DNA of 64,000 nucleotides, taken from Candidatus Bathyarchaeota archaeon. Its GTDB lineage: Archaea > Thermoproteota > Bathyarchaeia > Bathyarchaeales > Bathycorpusculaceae. The number at the start of each line of letters is the position of its first letter. Positions within the stretch are counted from its first letter, which is position 1. The notes beneath the pieces are model-generated. The model made no database searches and had not been told where the DNA came from. It saw only the letters and a list, made by a program, of their open reading frames with translations. Shown one piece after another: positions 10,367-20,608 of this stretch. A program made the translations under genes and the position numbers. The stretch lies in contig CAVYES010000004.1 of NCBI GenBank assembly GCA_963767735.1, positions 224,001 through 288,000 of the forward strand, in the 5' to 3' direction.

Positions 10367-11293
10367 ATGCAGCCTTTGCATATTCAGTTATCCCTATTCT
10401 CGCAATACCTGAAGAAAGCTACCGCAAAAGAACTCTTTTCGGAAGCGTCCATAGCCCAGGCGAACGGTGAAAGAATCTTTGGATTGAGAATCCCCTATTT
10501 ACTTGATGGTATCTCCATCAAATCTAACAAATCCTTTACCTCAATCAATACTACCCTTGGTTACTATCAGTGGGAATATGACCTGTTGACCCTTTATCAC
10601 AGACGAATTGAAGCCTTGTCTCAGAAATATCATGTCGACTACAAACAACTTTTCACATTCTGCTTTTGTCATGAAGTGGGGCACGCCAAACAGCAGAGAT
10701 TGTTCGAGAGCATCGGCTATTTTCCAAACAAGTTCAAAATATGGCCGGAAGGCGTAGGCGTGGAAATCGAATCGACTAAATATGTAGTGACAGAGAAGTT
10801 TCCAGTCTCGAGTAAGCCATTTTGGGATGCCTTTAGTTGCTATATCCAAGATTTCGCTATTAACAAAGTATTGCTACAAAATGCCATGCAAAATGAACTA
10901 TGTAGGCCCATGGCTTTTGACTTTTCAGCTCCTGCAATATCAAACGACGTTCCAATTCAATTCATAGTCCTCGAATCGTTGGCAATGTTGCCTCATGATA
11001 TAGACGTATGTGAGCATGGAGGGCTTCTTCAAGATGAAAAACGTCTGTTCGTAGAGTCAAAGAAAAAAATCTTGGGCGACAAATGGGATGTCGCTTATGC
11101 TTTACTCAATAAAATAGAATTTGCGGACCCTGAAAGCATTCTAGACGTGACTATTAAAATGTTCAAGGATATTTTAGGGGTCCACGCTTCTTTTGGATAT
11201 TCCGCTCAACGCAGAAGTTTCCTGTTCAAGGACTACTCAACAGTTCCGAAGTATTGGAATAAAGATAGCTATGAAGTCCTTTTCCTCATGTAA
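10367..11293 (+). CDS. Hypothetical protein with HExxH zinc-metallopeptidase-like motif
   Basis: 308 aa; FCHEVGHAK; TATA-like ttatataa about 25 nt upstream. Confidence 0.65.
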   Translation: MQPLHIQLSLFSQYLKKATAKELFSEASIAQANGERIFGLRIPYLLDGISIKSNKSFTSINTTLGYYQWEYDLLTLYHRRIEALSQKYHVDYKQLFTFCFCHEVGHAKQQRLFESIGYFPNKFKIWPEGVGVEIESTKYVVTEKFPVSSKPFWDAFSCYIQDFAINKVLLQNAMQNELCRPMAFDFSAPAISNDVPIQFIVLESLAMLPHDIDVCEHGGLLQDEKRLFVESKKKILGDKWDVAYALLNKIEFADPESILDVTIKMFKDILGVHASFGYSAQRRSFLFKDYSTVPKYWNKDSYEVLFLM

Positions 11294-11593
11294 CTATTGA
11301 CTGGTTAGCGAAATCAAAAGTCATAGGCGGGTGAGCTTGAAAGTTTTTTCTTTTGATAAGGCATTGCGCACTTGATATCTAGTGCAGACTGCATACGAAA
11401 AGTCGGAGCAATTAGTCTACCGCCAGAACGATAATCATTTCTCTTTTCGCTATGCACATTCTTATTGCTGTAAAGCGACTGGGAAATGGACGCTTTCGAT
11501 TTCATATGTAAAATGGTCGAAAGTACGGGGAGAAATAGGAAGGTTTTTAAAATATCTCACTACCAATTAGTAGTGAATTGAGGTAGTGCAACA

Positions 11594-12214
11594 TTGACTT
11601 CAACCATTAAAGAGGAAAAAGAGCGAGTCGTTTCAAAAGGAGGTAATTCGTCTGTTCTCTATCTGCCAAGAGAATACTTCTCTCCAGGAGAGAGATTGAA
11701 CTCACAATTAGAGATAGATTCAGAAGGAAACCTAAGAATGGTCTTGACAAAAAGACTCTTCAATTTCTCATGCAATAACATAAAAGCTCTTGTTGAAGAC
11801 CATTTTAACGTAGAATATGATAAAATAGTAGCTGGCACAAAGGTTTTCAGCGCTACCCAAGGCGATCTAAGTCTAAATTGCACGAAAGCACCGCAAGAAT
11901 TAGAGCCGACATATGTTTCTCTCTCTCGACGCTTTGATCAAATTCAATCGGTAACGGATTATAGAATTCCGTCCAATATTTTGAAGAGATTGTTAGCCGA
12001 AAACTTTGACGCTTACATTGAACCCGAAGGCGATATGGAAGCAATACAAATTTTCAAAGACCCACAACGATACAAGCTAAAGAGCGAATGCGAAGCAATA
12101 GAGGCATTGAATGAAACTGGAAGGAAAATAGGCTTTTCCATCATCATTAGATTTAACAGTAAAAAGAACAACACAGAACAAATCAAAACAGCATTAAAGG
12201 AACTCAGCTCCTAA
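11594..12214 (+). CDS. Protein with N-terminal AbrB/MazE-like DNA-binding domain
   Basis: RVVSKGGNSSVLYLPREY fits the swapped-hairpin pattern; GAGGT upstream of the TTG start. Confidence 0.6.
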   Translation: MTSTIKEEKERVVSKGGNSSVLYLPREYFSPGERLNSQLEIDSEGNLRMVLTKRLFNFSCNNIKALVEDHFNVEYDKIVAGTKVFSATQGDLSLNCTKAPQELEPTYVSLSRRFDQIQSVTDYRIPSNILKRLLAENFDAYIEPEGDMEAIQIFKDPQRYKLKSECEAIEALNETGRKIGFSIIIRFNSKKNNTEQIKTALKELSS

Positions 12215-12765
12215 AGGCTAAGCTCTTGTTTGATCAATCCTGCAAGGCTTATGATAACTTTATCCATTACTGGTTTTCTGCTTAAACCTATTACGCTTGC
12301 TTCGATGATCTCTTTCTTCTTAACGCCACCTGTTCCACTCAGTTTAGAAACTAGGATACCGAAAATAGGAACGCCTATTCGCTGGAAGAAAAGTTGCCAG
12401 TCCCTTATCTCCTCTTTCCGGTCATCCCGGCACAAGATTAGGGCGAAGTGCGCTTTCTTTGCAATTTTTTCCGATTAAGCAGTTACCTTGCCTGGAGCGT
12501 CACCGATCATAACAGCATGAGATTTGGAGACCTCTTCAAACAACGCAGCTGCCTTATCCGCAAGCTCGGGCGTCCACTCTTTCTTTGCGCCAACTCGCTG
12601 CTTCCAACCTTTAACCCCTCTGATGAACTCGAGTGTTGGACTGGCTAAGTCCAAGTCCACAGCATAAGCGTCAACCCCAAGCTGGCGCAAACCTCTAGCC
12701 AGACTTTCGGCTAATGTGCTCTTCCCGGAATTAGGCGGACCGCCAATAATAATGCGAAATGCCAA
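12211..12765 (-). pseudogene. Small P-loop NTPase interrupted by an in-frame TAA (12475-12477)
   Basis: IIIGGPPNSGKST and VDLD; the frame continues after the TAA into SEKIAKKAHFALILCRDD, in frame with ORF 12211..12435. Confidence 0.7.
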
Positions 12766-12978
12766 CCAATCGCCAAATCAGAATGATTCCATGAATATTA
12801 AAAACTTGCCTTGAACCCTGGTCCCGTCTCCAGAAGATTACCTTGCTAAGGAAACCAACAGAACATAACAAGACCTTGTTTAGCTCTAAACCTTTCAAAT
12901 GATTCAAGAATAGCTTTCCACCTTCAGCGCCATAGCGACTGATAAACATGAGCTCAGAAAATAAGATCTAAACTTGAG

Positions 12979-14136
12979 CTACTCATAGAGAGAGGGCAAG
13001 GGCTGGCTGTAAGGCGTTTCAGAAGGGGATTCTGTTTTGATCTGTTCCTGAACTTTTCCTGACAAAGCTTCTGTTAATTTCATGTTGGATTCAAGAACCT
13101 TCACAACCAAACCTTTAAGCTCCTGCATCTCAACAGATTTAGACGCTGCCAAGTTAGCGACAGAATTGAAGCGTTCTAACACAACCTCCAGAACCCTTCG
13201 GTACTCATTAGCCATTTCAGAAACCAGCCTACTCGCATTATCATCGTTCTTGGCGTCATTGATAATTTTTTGCTCGATAGCTCGAATACTCTGTTGGACG
13301 TTGAGAATCTTGCCGTTGATGGAGAATAAGGCTTTTCCCTGTTCACATTGAGCCTTCACTATCTCCGTTGTTGTCTGATGCCCCAGAACCTGGTCGAGAG
13401 TACCATTATTGAACATAGTCTCAAACTTAGTTACCGACATTTCCCTGTTTACTTTGTACTCTTTCCTTATCGTGGCATCGTCTTTCTGGTAAATCCTTTC
13501 AATCGTATCTTTCAAAACCTGCTTAGTGACACAGTGGATTTCCCCGTCAAGCCTCCCCGAGTAATCATTATTGAACTCAGCACTTGAAACCACTAGATCA
13601 TTTACCGAGCGACCGAGCCGTTTCTCTGCAATAGCGATCCACCTGTCAATAGCCATGAAACACAGCGCCTTAGTCATGCCGTGGTCATATGCGATGTATC
13701 CGCTGACCAGTTTACGTTGTTCCCCAAAACAAACGTAAATCTTGACGTCTTCCACGTTCTCGGTAGTGTTCCAACTCTCAATGTCTTCGTTGACTTTGAA
13801 GCGGAGTCTCAAATTGTGAACGCAAATCGGGTCAATCTTCACACCGTAGGTGATAGAGTCGCAGTATACTCCAGGGTAAGGCTGCTTGACCGAGCCCTCC
13901 GAGACCATTAACCTCAGAATGTTCCTGACTGTGCTTCGACTGATTGGTTTTTTGGTCTTACTTTCATTGATTTTTTGAGCTATTTCCTTCGGAGTGAGAA
14001 TTTGTTTTGCTTCCCTGAGTGCAGTTAAGATTCTGCGTTTCGTCGGTGAATGCTGATATAGACTGTCTAAACAGATGTCGGGCGCTTGGTCGATAGAGTC
14101 TGAGTTGTCGTTATGGGCAGCCACTAAAAGAAACAC
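12979..14136 (-). CDS. Winged-helix protein with a possible Rep_trans-like initiator domain and C-terminal coiled coil
   Basis: wHTH pattern LTPKEIAQKI...SRSTVRNILRLMVSEGSV...YPGVY; VSSAEFNND, ERIYQK and IRKEYK loosely resemble Rep_trans motifs (inference). Confidence 0.55.
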   Translation of the reverse strand: MFLLVAAHNDNSDSIDQAPDICLDSLYQHSPTKRRILTALREAKQILTPKEIAQKINESKTKKPISRSTVRNILRLMVSEGSVKQPYPGVYCDSITYGVKIDPICVHNLRLRFKVNEDIESWNTTENVEDVKIYVCFGEQRKLVSGYIAYDHGMTKALCFMAIDRWIAIAEKRLGRSVNDLVVSSAEFNNDYSGRLDGEIHCVTKQVLKDTIERIYQKDDATIRKEYKVNREMSVTKFETMFNNGTLDQVLGHQTTTEIVKAQCEQGKALFSINGKILNVQQSIRAIEQKIINDAKNDDNASRLVSEMANEYRRVLEVVLERFNSVANLAASKSVEMQELKGLVVKVLESNMKLTEALSGKVQEQIKTESPSETPYSQPLPSLYE

Positions 14137-14516
14137 CCCTTTGCTTCCGCAACTTGGCGAGATTCAGCGCATAGAAAGTCAGGCCAACGAGAACAATTCA
14201 AGTAAAGAAATTCGCACCCACAGTCTCCGCAGAAATCACAAAAAACGGGAGAGGCTACGGATAATGTAAACAATGCAGCAAAAGCTATCTCATCGCGTTC
14301 ATTTTTCCCTGACTTTCGATGACTTCGGCTTGCAAAAAAAGAAAAAGGGAAGTTGCGTTTTGCTGGGAGAAAACTTGATGGTGACATCACCACCCGATAT
14401 GAATGCCGTGCTAGGCTACGAGCCCACATTTTACAAGTCAATAATGCAGTGGCATTAAAGATTTACGACAATTCTTATAAAGCAACATAATATTAAACTT
14501 GTGTCACCACAAACGT

Positions 14517-14594
14517 GGACCGGTAGCTCAGCACGGCTAGAGCGTTCGACTGATAATCGAAAGATCGCCGGTTCAAATCCGGCTCGGTCCACCA
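14517..14594 (+). tRNA. tRNA-Ile(GAT), no intron, encoded CCA
   Basis: GGACCGG/TCGGTCC acceptor stem, TAGCTCAG D-arm, TTCGA-CTGATAA-TCGAA anticodon arm, GGTTCAAATCC T-arm, ACCA end. Confidence 0.98.
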
Positions 14595-14596
14595 TC

Positions 14597-15763
14597 TTAA
14601 TCCTGATTATCTTCTTTCTTCTTTTTAGGGGTCTTAATTTTCACGGTGACTTCCACTGAGCCCTCGTTAGGCTCTTCAGGCTCCACCGCTTCCGTCTTTT
14701 TCACCGTTAACTGTTCGGTTTCAACGGTTTTTTCTGGGGGTTTCTCTTCTTCTGCTGGTATTTGAATTGCCGTTTTCTCCGCTGCTTTTTGGGTTTGGGG
14801 CTTTTCGATGAGTCTATCGGTGTGTTCAATAACATTTCCTTTTGTTGCTTGCTCTATTCTTTTGCCTGCTATTTCTAGTTGTTTCACTATTTTTTCTGCT
14901 GTTGGGGGTAAATGTTCTCTTGAGTGTTTCGGAGAGGTTGTAGCGTAAGTCTTCGAAACTTCTGCTCCGTACAGCATAATTTGGTTTAGGATAAAGATCC
15001 ATAGTAAAATAATCATCAGTGAGCCTGCAGCTCCAATGATTGTGGTGACCGTGAAGGTTTCAACGTATGTGCCAATGACATAGTTGGTCACAGTGAATGC
15101 TACCCCTGCAACAACTGCACCTAAGATGCTGTCTCTCCAATGAACTTTGGCGTCGGGAATCAATTTGTAAGCAATGGCAAAAAGCAGCGTCGATAAAGCG
15201 AACAATAGCAGAATTCGGGCTATTGCGACGGTAATTAAAGTCAAAGTTTCATTAACCGAGAAAAATTTTATTGCTCCAAAAAGAAAAGTTGCTATTCCCG
15301 TCCAAGCTATCACGATTAATCCAAGAATAGAGATAACGATAAAAGGCCCAATTCTTCGTCTAACCATTCTCGCGAGACTTTGGGTTTTTGGCGATTTAAC
15401 TTCCCATATGGCGTCCATTGTGTCGCGCCAAACTGTAAAAGCTCCGATTGCCCCGCCCAATGAAAAACCAATTGTTGTGACGGCAACCCAAAGGGATGTG
15501 AAGGGCGACATTGAACTTGCAAGTAGTTGATTGAACAATCCTGAAACGGCTGGCCCTGCGAGCGCAGTTATTTGCGAAATCAAAATGTGTGTCGCTTGAG
15601 TATGACCATAAAACGGCGACAAAATACCTATTATTATCAGTAAGAGGGACGGCAAGGGTAGAATTATGAAGAATGTTAATGCCGCACCTCGGATGGGAGC
15701 ATTGTTGGCTTGCCAGTTTTTGAATGAAGCCTTGAATAATTGAAAAACCTGTTTTCGATTCAT
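14597..15763 (-). CDS. YihY/BrkB family membrane protein
   Basis: GAALTFFIILPLP, YKLIPDAKVHWRD, GAAGSLMIILLWIF..QIMLYGAE; multiple TM helices. Confidence 0.9.
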   Translation of the reverse strand: MNRKQVFQLFKASFKNWQANNAPIRGAALTFFIILPLPSLLLIIIGILSPFYGHTQATHILISQITALAGPAVSGLFNQLLASSMSPFTSLWVAVTTIGFSLGGAIGAFTVWRDTMDAIWEVKSPKTQSLARMVRRRIGPFIVISILGLIVIAWTGIATFLFGAIKFFSVNETLTLITVAIARILLLFALSTLLFAIAYKLIPDAKVHWRDSILGAVVAGVAFTVTNYVIGTYVETFTVTTIIGAAGSLMIILLWIFILNQIMLYGAEVSKTYATTSPKHSREHLPPTAEKIVKQLEIAGKRIEQATKGNVIEHTDRLIEKPQTQKAAEKTAIQIPAEEEKPPEKTVETEQLTVKKTEAVEPEEPNEGSVEVTVKIKTPKKKKEDNQD

Positions 15764-16013
15764 AAGTTAACCTAAAATTTATGCTTGCAAGCTTAATTAT
15801 AGTTTTTTTCAATATTTAAAGTTCACATATCTTTATGCGAAGTAAACAGCGTTATCACCTTAAGTTCAAGGTATTCAGGTAACCAAAATCTTAATTTCAT
15901 TTTTGCGATTAATTGCCGCTAAGAGTTTTTGACAGCGAAAATTGGAACGGTGGAGTATCGGTTAATTTCGACTTAATGCGCTATGCTATTAAGCGAGGAA
16001 AAGAAAGCTTAGA

Positions 16014-17024
16014 TTGAAAAGTATGGCGCAGCCGTCTCCTGAAGCAATTTGGAACTTAAACGCAAAAGACTTCTTAAGCTTACTTGAATCGGGCTTCTTT
16101 ACTCCTAAGCAAAAAGAAATCCGTTTTTACGCTCCAAGCTTCACCTACTACAAAACAAAATATTACTGCTCATCGCCAAACAGTTTTCCAACAATTTCCG
16201 TCACTGGAACATCCTGCGCATTGAACTGTAAACATTGCGGGGGCAAATTGCTTGAAACCATGCGTCCCGTGCTCTCGCCTAAGGAACTCTTTGAGTTATG
16301 TTCAAAGCTGAAACAAGACGGCGCTCAAGGTTGCCTCGTCAGCGGCGGATGCTTGCCTGATGGCTCTGTGCCTCTTAACCAGTTCACGCCTGCACTTAAG
16401 CGAATTAAGCGGGAGCTCGGCTTGACAGTTTTCGTTCATACGGGCATAATAAATCTTGAAACTGCCGTTTCGCTGAAGGACGCTGAAGTAGATGCAGCAT
16501 TAATTGATGTTCTTGGTTCAAAAGAAACAATAAAGAAAACCTACAACCTCAACGTAACTCCGCAAGATTATGCGGACTCATTGATGGCTTTGGACAAATC
16601 AGGATTAAATTTTGTGCCTCACGTCATCGTTGGATTAAACGAGGGCAAATTAGACGGCGAATTAGAAGCACTCCGAATGATAAGCAGAGTTAAGCCTTCC
16701 GCATTAGTGGTAATAGCTTTCATGCCTATCCAAGGAACCGCCATGGCAAAAACATCGCCTCCCAAACCAGTTGACATAGCCAAAGTGGCATCGGTGGCGC
16801 GGTTGATATTTCCAAAAACCCCGTTGATTTTGGGTTGCATGAGACCTAAAGGTGCAATACGCGGCGAAACAGACGTTTTAGCGTTGAAAGCTGGGGTGGA
16901 TGCAGTTGCTTTTCCCACTGAAGATGCCTTAAAATATGCGGAAAGTAAAGGCTTCTCCGCTTCTTTTTCTTCTTATTGTTGCGCTCAAATGTACCTGGAT
17001 GCTACTGGAAAAATTGAAGAGTAA
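16014..17024 (+). CDS. lipS1: Radical SAM protein, likely LipS1-type archaeal lipoyl synthase subunit
   Basis: CALNCKHC radical SAM motif plus GCMR and C-terminal CC, the motifs described for LipS1. Confidence 0.7.
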   Translation: MKSMAQPSPEAIWNLNAKDFLSLLESGFFTPKQKEIRFYAPSFTYYKTKYYCSSPNSFPTISVTGTSCALNCKHCGGKLLETMRPVLSPKELFELCSKLKQDGAQGCLVSGGCLPDGSVPLNQFTPALKRIKRELGLTVFVHTGIINLETAVSLKDAEVDAALIDVLGSKETIKKTYNLNVTPQDYADSLMALDKSGLNFVPHVIVGLNEGKLDGELEALRMISRVKPSALVVIAFMPIQGTAMAKTSPPKPVDIAKVASVARLIFPKTPLILGCMRPKGAIRGETDVLALKAGVDAVAFPTEDALKYAESKGFSASFSSYCCAQMYLDATGKIEE

Positions 17025-17031
17025 TCAATTT

Positions 17032-17646
17032 TTAGCTTGATTTTAACATTTTGTAGCAAAGTATGATGGTCCACGCTGAAACAATGAGTCCTGACACGAA
17101 TTCTGGAATAGCCACATTTGGAACATACTTTAATGCAAACAATAGTATCCACGGCAGTGCTGCAGCAACCCCGGTTGAAACCGTTAAAATGGCCATTCTT
17201 TCCCGATGCGCAAGCAGAAAAGCGCAGGCTATAAAGAACATTGATATGGGCATAAGCGTAAAGAACGCAACGGAAACTGCATAGTGCGTCCCAGAGTAAT
17301 TCTCATTAAAAACGCCGATAGCGATAAGCGCAATCGTTGCAGCTGCAAAAACTGCTACTCCAATTTTGCTAACCCAAGTTTTTCCAAGGTAAGCATTCAA
17401 ACCGAAGACTGCAAAGGTTAACCCTAAAACCCCGCTTGCACATAGCCCGAAGTTGAAGACTGGTCCAGTTATACCCCCTATTACGCCTAAATCGCTTAAG
17501 GCATTGCTTGTCCAGCTGAAGGAGGAGTATGATGCGATGGCTATCAAAATGCAGGTAAACGCAAGTATGGGCGCAAATATCCCTGTAACAGCTCCGAACC
17601 TTTGTTTTCTCGTGTTTCCATACTTTGATAAACCATTGATTTCCAT
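17032..17646 (-). CDS. DUF998 family membrane protein
   Basis: FSWTSNALSDLG, IGVFNENY..HY.VS..FF; TM helices; ATG at 17646 preferred over the longer ORF start. Confidence 0.8.
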   Translation of the reverse strand: MEINGLSKYGNTRKQRFGAVTGIFAPILAFTCILIAIASYSSFSWTSNALSDLGVIGGITGPVFNFGLCASGVLGLTFAVFGLNAYLGKTWVSKIGVAVFAAATIALIAIGVFNENYSGTHYAVSVAFFTLMPISMFFIACAFLLAHRERMAILTVSTGVAAALPWILLFALKYVPNVAIPEFVSGLIVSAWTIILCYKMLKSS

Positions 17647-17844
17647 GCAACCCAAATGGCAATAAGTTGCTTTAAGAATTTGTGTTCTCAAAAGCAAGCT
17701 GCCTAAACCCCTTAAGTAAACGAGCGAACAGTAAAAGGAAGAATGTTACTCATGGGCTGCGGTAAATCAAGAATTTATGGGTTTGTTCAATAACTCCATA
17801 AGTGAAAAGCGAAAGGTTAATGAGGGAAAGTTGATGTGTATTGC

Positions 17845-17970
17845 TGGGTTTGCCGGTCAAAGGGCACGGGTTCCACCTGATCCCATTCCGAACTCAGAAG
17901 TTAAACCGTGTTCCGTTTCCAGCTGTAGTGTGGTCTTAGGCCATGCGAACCTGGGAAAGCTGGCAGCCCA
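17845..17970 (+). rRNA. rrf: 5S rRNA (stand-alone)
   Basis: CCTGATCCCATTCCGAACTCAGAAGTTAAAC core; complementary ends TGGGTTTGCCGG / CTGGCAGCCCA. Confidence 0.95.
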
Positions 17971-18050
17971 TTTACTCCTAAAAAAATGTGGGTAGATTTG
18001 GCATAGCTTTATAACTAACCGTTAATAGTTTTTTGGAAGTGGTGTAAAGA

Positions 18051-19154
18051 TTGAGTCTTCTTTCAGGTAACGATGCACTTCTGCAGGTATTGAGCCTGGC
18101 TTCATACGGGTTCTTTATAGTTCTGATTTTCTACGGTCAAAGAATTCAAATGTACGTTATGATCCGAGAAGTAGAAAACTCCCTGCATAAATTAAAGTTC
18201 ATAAAAGAGGAAGGGCGGAAAAACGCCATTGATGCCATAAAAGAAATTGGCAAGCCAACAGTTGACCCTACGACTCGTGTTGACCGCTATTTAGAGTATT
18301 TTACTATCGGTCCGCAGAGCATGGATCCAGCAGGCATAGTTTACAAGCTTGATCATATCCTTGATGTTAGAGATACAAGATTGAAAGACGAAGTTAAGCT
18401 GATGGCGCCGGGATGCGATGACGTCCAAGTGAACAATTTAGAAAACACTTTGGAAGCCGCGATGGCGTTGAACTTCATCTACAAAGTGGTGAGGCACTAC
18501 TACATTCAAGGCAAAAAAACTCTCAGTCTCTATGTAATAATGCAAATTCAAATGATATTGCCCATGGTTATGAAAGAAGCCGAAGCATACGCAAGCGCTC
18601 TAAAAGCCTTCGCTTACGGACAACCAATCGGCGACGGCGCAGGACCATTAGTGGCAGCTAAATTAATGCATGGCTACGAAATCCGCAAATTACCCAAAGA
18701 CTGTGTTATGGCTACAGTCCCAATTGAAGGACGAACTGGTTTAATCATAAAGGCTGAAGGTCCAGGCGGAAACGTTGGCAAACCAGGCGATGCGGTCGAA
18801 GCCGTCATTGAAGAAAACGAGGGCAAAATTGCCAACGTAATAATGATTGACGCAGGGTTAAAACTTGAAGGCGAAACATTAGGCGAAGTCGCAGACGGAA
18901 TCGGCGCAGCAATCGGTGGACCAGGCGTAGACCAATTCAAGATTGAAGCAAAACTCACAAAATACCATATCCCGATAAACGCAATAATAGTCAAAGAGGA
19001 CATTGGCGATGCAGTATCACCACTGCGCAAAGAAATCAACGATGCAGTTGACAAAGTCATTGAACGAGTCAAAGCCATCATCTTGGAGCAAACCAAAGAA
19101 GGCGACAAAATAATAATAGTGGGCGTCGGCAACTCCATCGGAGTTGGACAATAG
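18051..19154 (+). CDS. DUF1512 family protein
   Basis: PIGDGAGPLVAA, KAEGPGGNVGKPG, DAGLKLEGE and GVGNSIGVGQ motifs. Confidence 0.85.
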   Translation: MSLLSGNDALLQVLSLASYGFFIVLIFYGQRIQMYVMIREVENSLHKLKFIKEEGRKNAIDAIKEIGKPTVDPTTRVDRYLEYFTIGPQSMDPAGIVYKLDHILDVRDTRLKDEVKLMAPGCDDVQVNNLENTLEAAMALNFIYKVVRHYYIQGKKTLSLYVIMQIQMILPMVMKEAEAYASALKAFAYGQPIGDGAGPLVAAKLMHGYEIRKLPKDCVMATVPIEGRTGLIIKAEGPGGNVGKPGDAVEAVIEENEGKIANVIMIDAGLKLEGETLGEVADGIGAAIGGPGVDQFKIEAKLTKYHIPINAIIVKEDIGDAVSPLRKEINDAVDKVIERVKAIILEQTKEGDKIIIVGVGNSIGVGQ

Positions 19155-19165
19155 GAGGATAAAAA

Positions 19166-19591
19166 ATGACACAAAATCCAACATCAGCGGCAAACAAAAA
19201 AATCTCAAACTACATCATGACGATAGTCGTAATTGTTCTAGTGCTTTCCATAGTTTCCATAATATTAGCCGTCATCGTCGCCTCAAGCGGTGGTCCCCAA
19301 GCAGATTTGACAGCGGGTTTCCTAGCGGTAATTGGTGTAATTGCGGTAACCATGTCAATGTTCACACTGTACCAGTCACGGAGACAAGCAGCACAAATGA
19401 AAATCGAAGTACCTAAAGTAATGACAACCATCGAGTGCAAGAAATGTGGAACCAAAACCATGCGGGAATTCCAACGCGGCGATTATGTCTATAAAGACCT
19501 TGAAGCATGCCCCAAATGCCCCGACACAAAACAGGTAATAACTGCGGTTTACAAGGAAATCAAAGAGAAAGAAAAAACATACAACGTCTAA
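19166..19591 (+). CDS. Two-TM membrane protein with C-terminal zinc ribbon
   Basis: Two hydrophobic helices; CKKC...REFQRGDYVYK...CPKC; GGAGG RBS. Confidence 0.8.
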   Translation: MTQNPTSAANKKISNYIMTIVVIVLVLSIVSIILAVIVASSGGPQADLTAGFLAVIGVIAVTMSMFTLYQSRRQAAQMKIEVPKVMTTIECKKCGTKTMREFQRGDYVYKDLEACPKCPDTKQVITAVYKEIKEKEKTYNV

Positions 19592-20490
19592 GTTAAAACT
19601 TCGCAGCCATCATCCTTTAACAGCACCGTGTGCTCAGCTTGGGCAACGGGTTTTTTGCTCACTTCAACAAATACCGGATAACTCATAATAGCTTTTGACG
19701 CCAGCAACTCCTTGAATGCCGGTTTATGCTGTTCTTTAGGAACCACGCCTGTTAGCCATCTTTCAGCAAAAGGCAAAGTTCTAAAATTAGACTCAATGTA
19801 CTTGAGCAGTATTTTGGCAGATTCGTTTTTTACTGATTTTGCTTTAAGTAAACGATAAATGGTTGTTTGCGGGCTATCATCAACGCGGCCAACTGCGTCA
19901 GGCAACGTGACGAATGGTTCAATGGCGTAAACTTCTCCCGTTTTCACTTTCGTGAGCGACACTTGAGACACGTTAGGTATGGATGTTCCCGCATGAATCA
20001 GGTATCTTCCAACTGAGTGACCTGTAAGGTTGCTGATGGGTTTAAAACCGCGGTTTTTTATCGTGGTCTCAACTAAGCTTCCGATTTTGCCCAGCGACAT
20101 GTCGCCATGAATGTTTTCTATCACGGTTTTCAAAGCTTGTTCAGCAGTGTTTGCCATGCTTCTGCCTTCTGGATTGAAAGAGGCCGTGAATGCGGTGTCG
20201 GTGACGTAGCCGTCAACATGAACGCCAAGGTCCACTTTAACCGTTGACCCTTCAGGTATCCTCAACGTATCATTTGGGGGCGAAGTGTAATGTGCAGCTA
20301 CTTCGTTGATGCTGACATTGCAGGGGAAAGCTGGTTTGCCGCCTTTCGCTCGGATTAATCCTTCGGTTTTCTCACATACGTCGATAACTGGCATGTTTTC
20401 TTTGACATATGTTTTCATTTCTTCTCTTGTTTCACGCAGGATCCGTCCCGACTGGCGGAATTTTTCAAGTTCTTCTCTGTCATAAGGCAT
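19588..20490 (-). CDS. map: Methionine aminopeptidase, type II
   Basis: AFPCNVSINEVAAHY, DLGVHVDGYVTD, NLTGH, AIEPF, AQAEHT. Confidence 0.97.
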   Translation of the reverse strand: MPYDREELEKFRQSGRILRETREEMKTYVKENMPVIDVCEKTEGLIRAKGGKPAFPCNVSINEVAAHYTSPPNDTLRIPEGSTVKVDLGVHVDGYVTDTAFTASFNPEGRSMANTAEQALKTVIENIHGDMSLGKIGSLVETTIKNRGFKPISNLTGHSVGRYLIHAGTSIPNVSQVSLTKVKTGEVYAIEPFVTLPDAVGRVDDSPQTTIYRLLKAKSVKNESAKILLKYIESNFRTLPFAERWLTGVVPKEQHKPAFKELLASKAIMSYPVFVEVSKKPVAQAEHTVLLKDDGCEVLT

Positions 20491-20608
20491 AGCAAACCAC
20501 TACATATACGAAGTTGGATAATGTGCTGCATGCTTAAATGCATAACCACGCAACTGCTTTTTGCGTCCAATTTGCTGATGGCTAAAAACCCAAAAGCAAT
20601 TGCTAGCC

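Noticed and set aside
17777-17995. 72-aa ORF
   Set aside because: It overlaps the 5S rRNA gene
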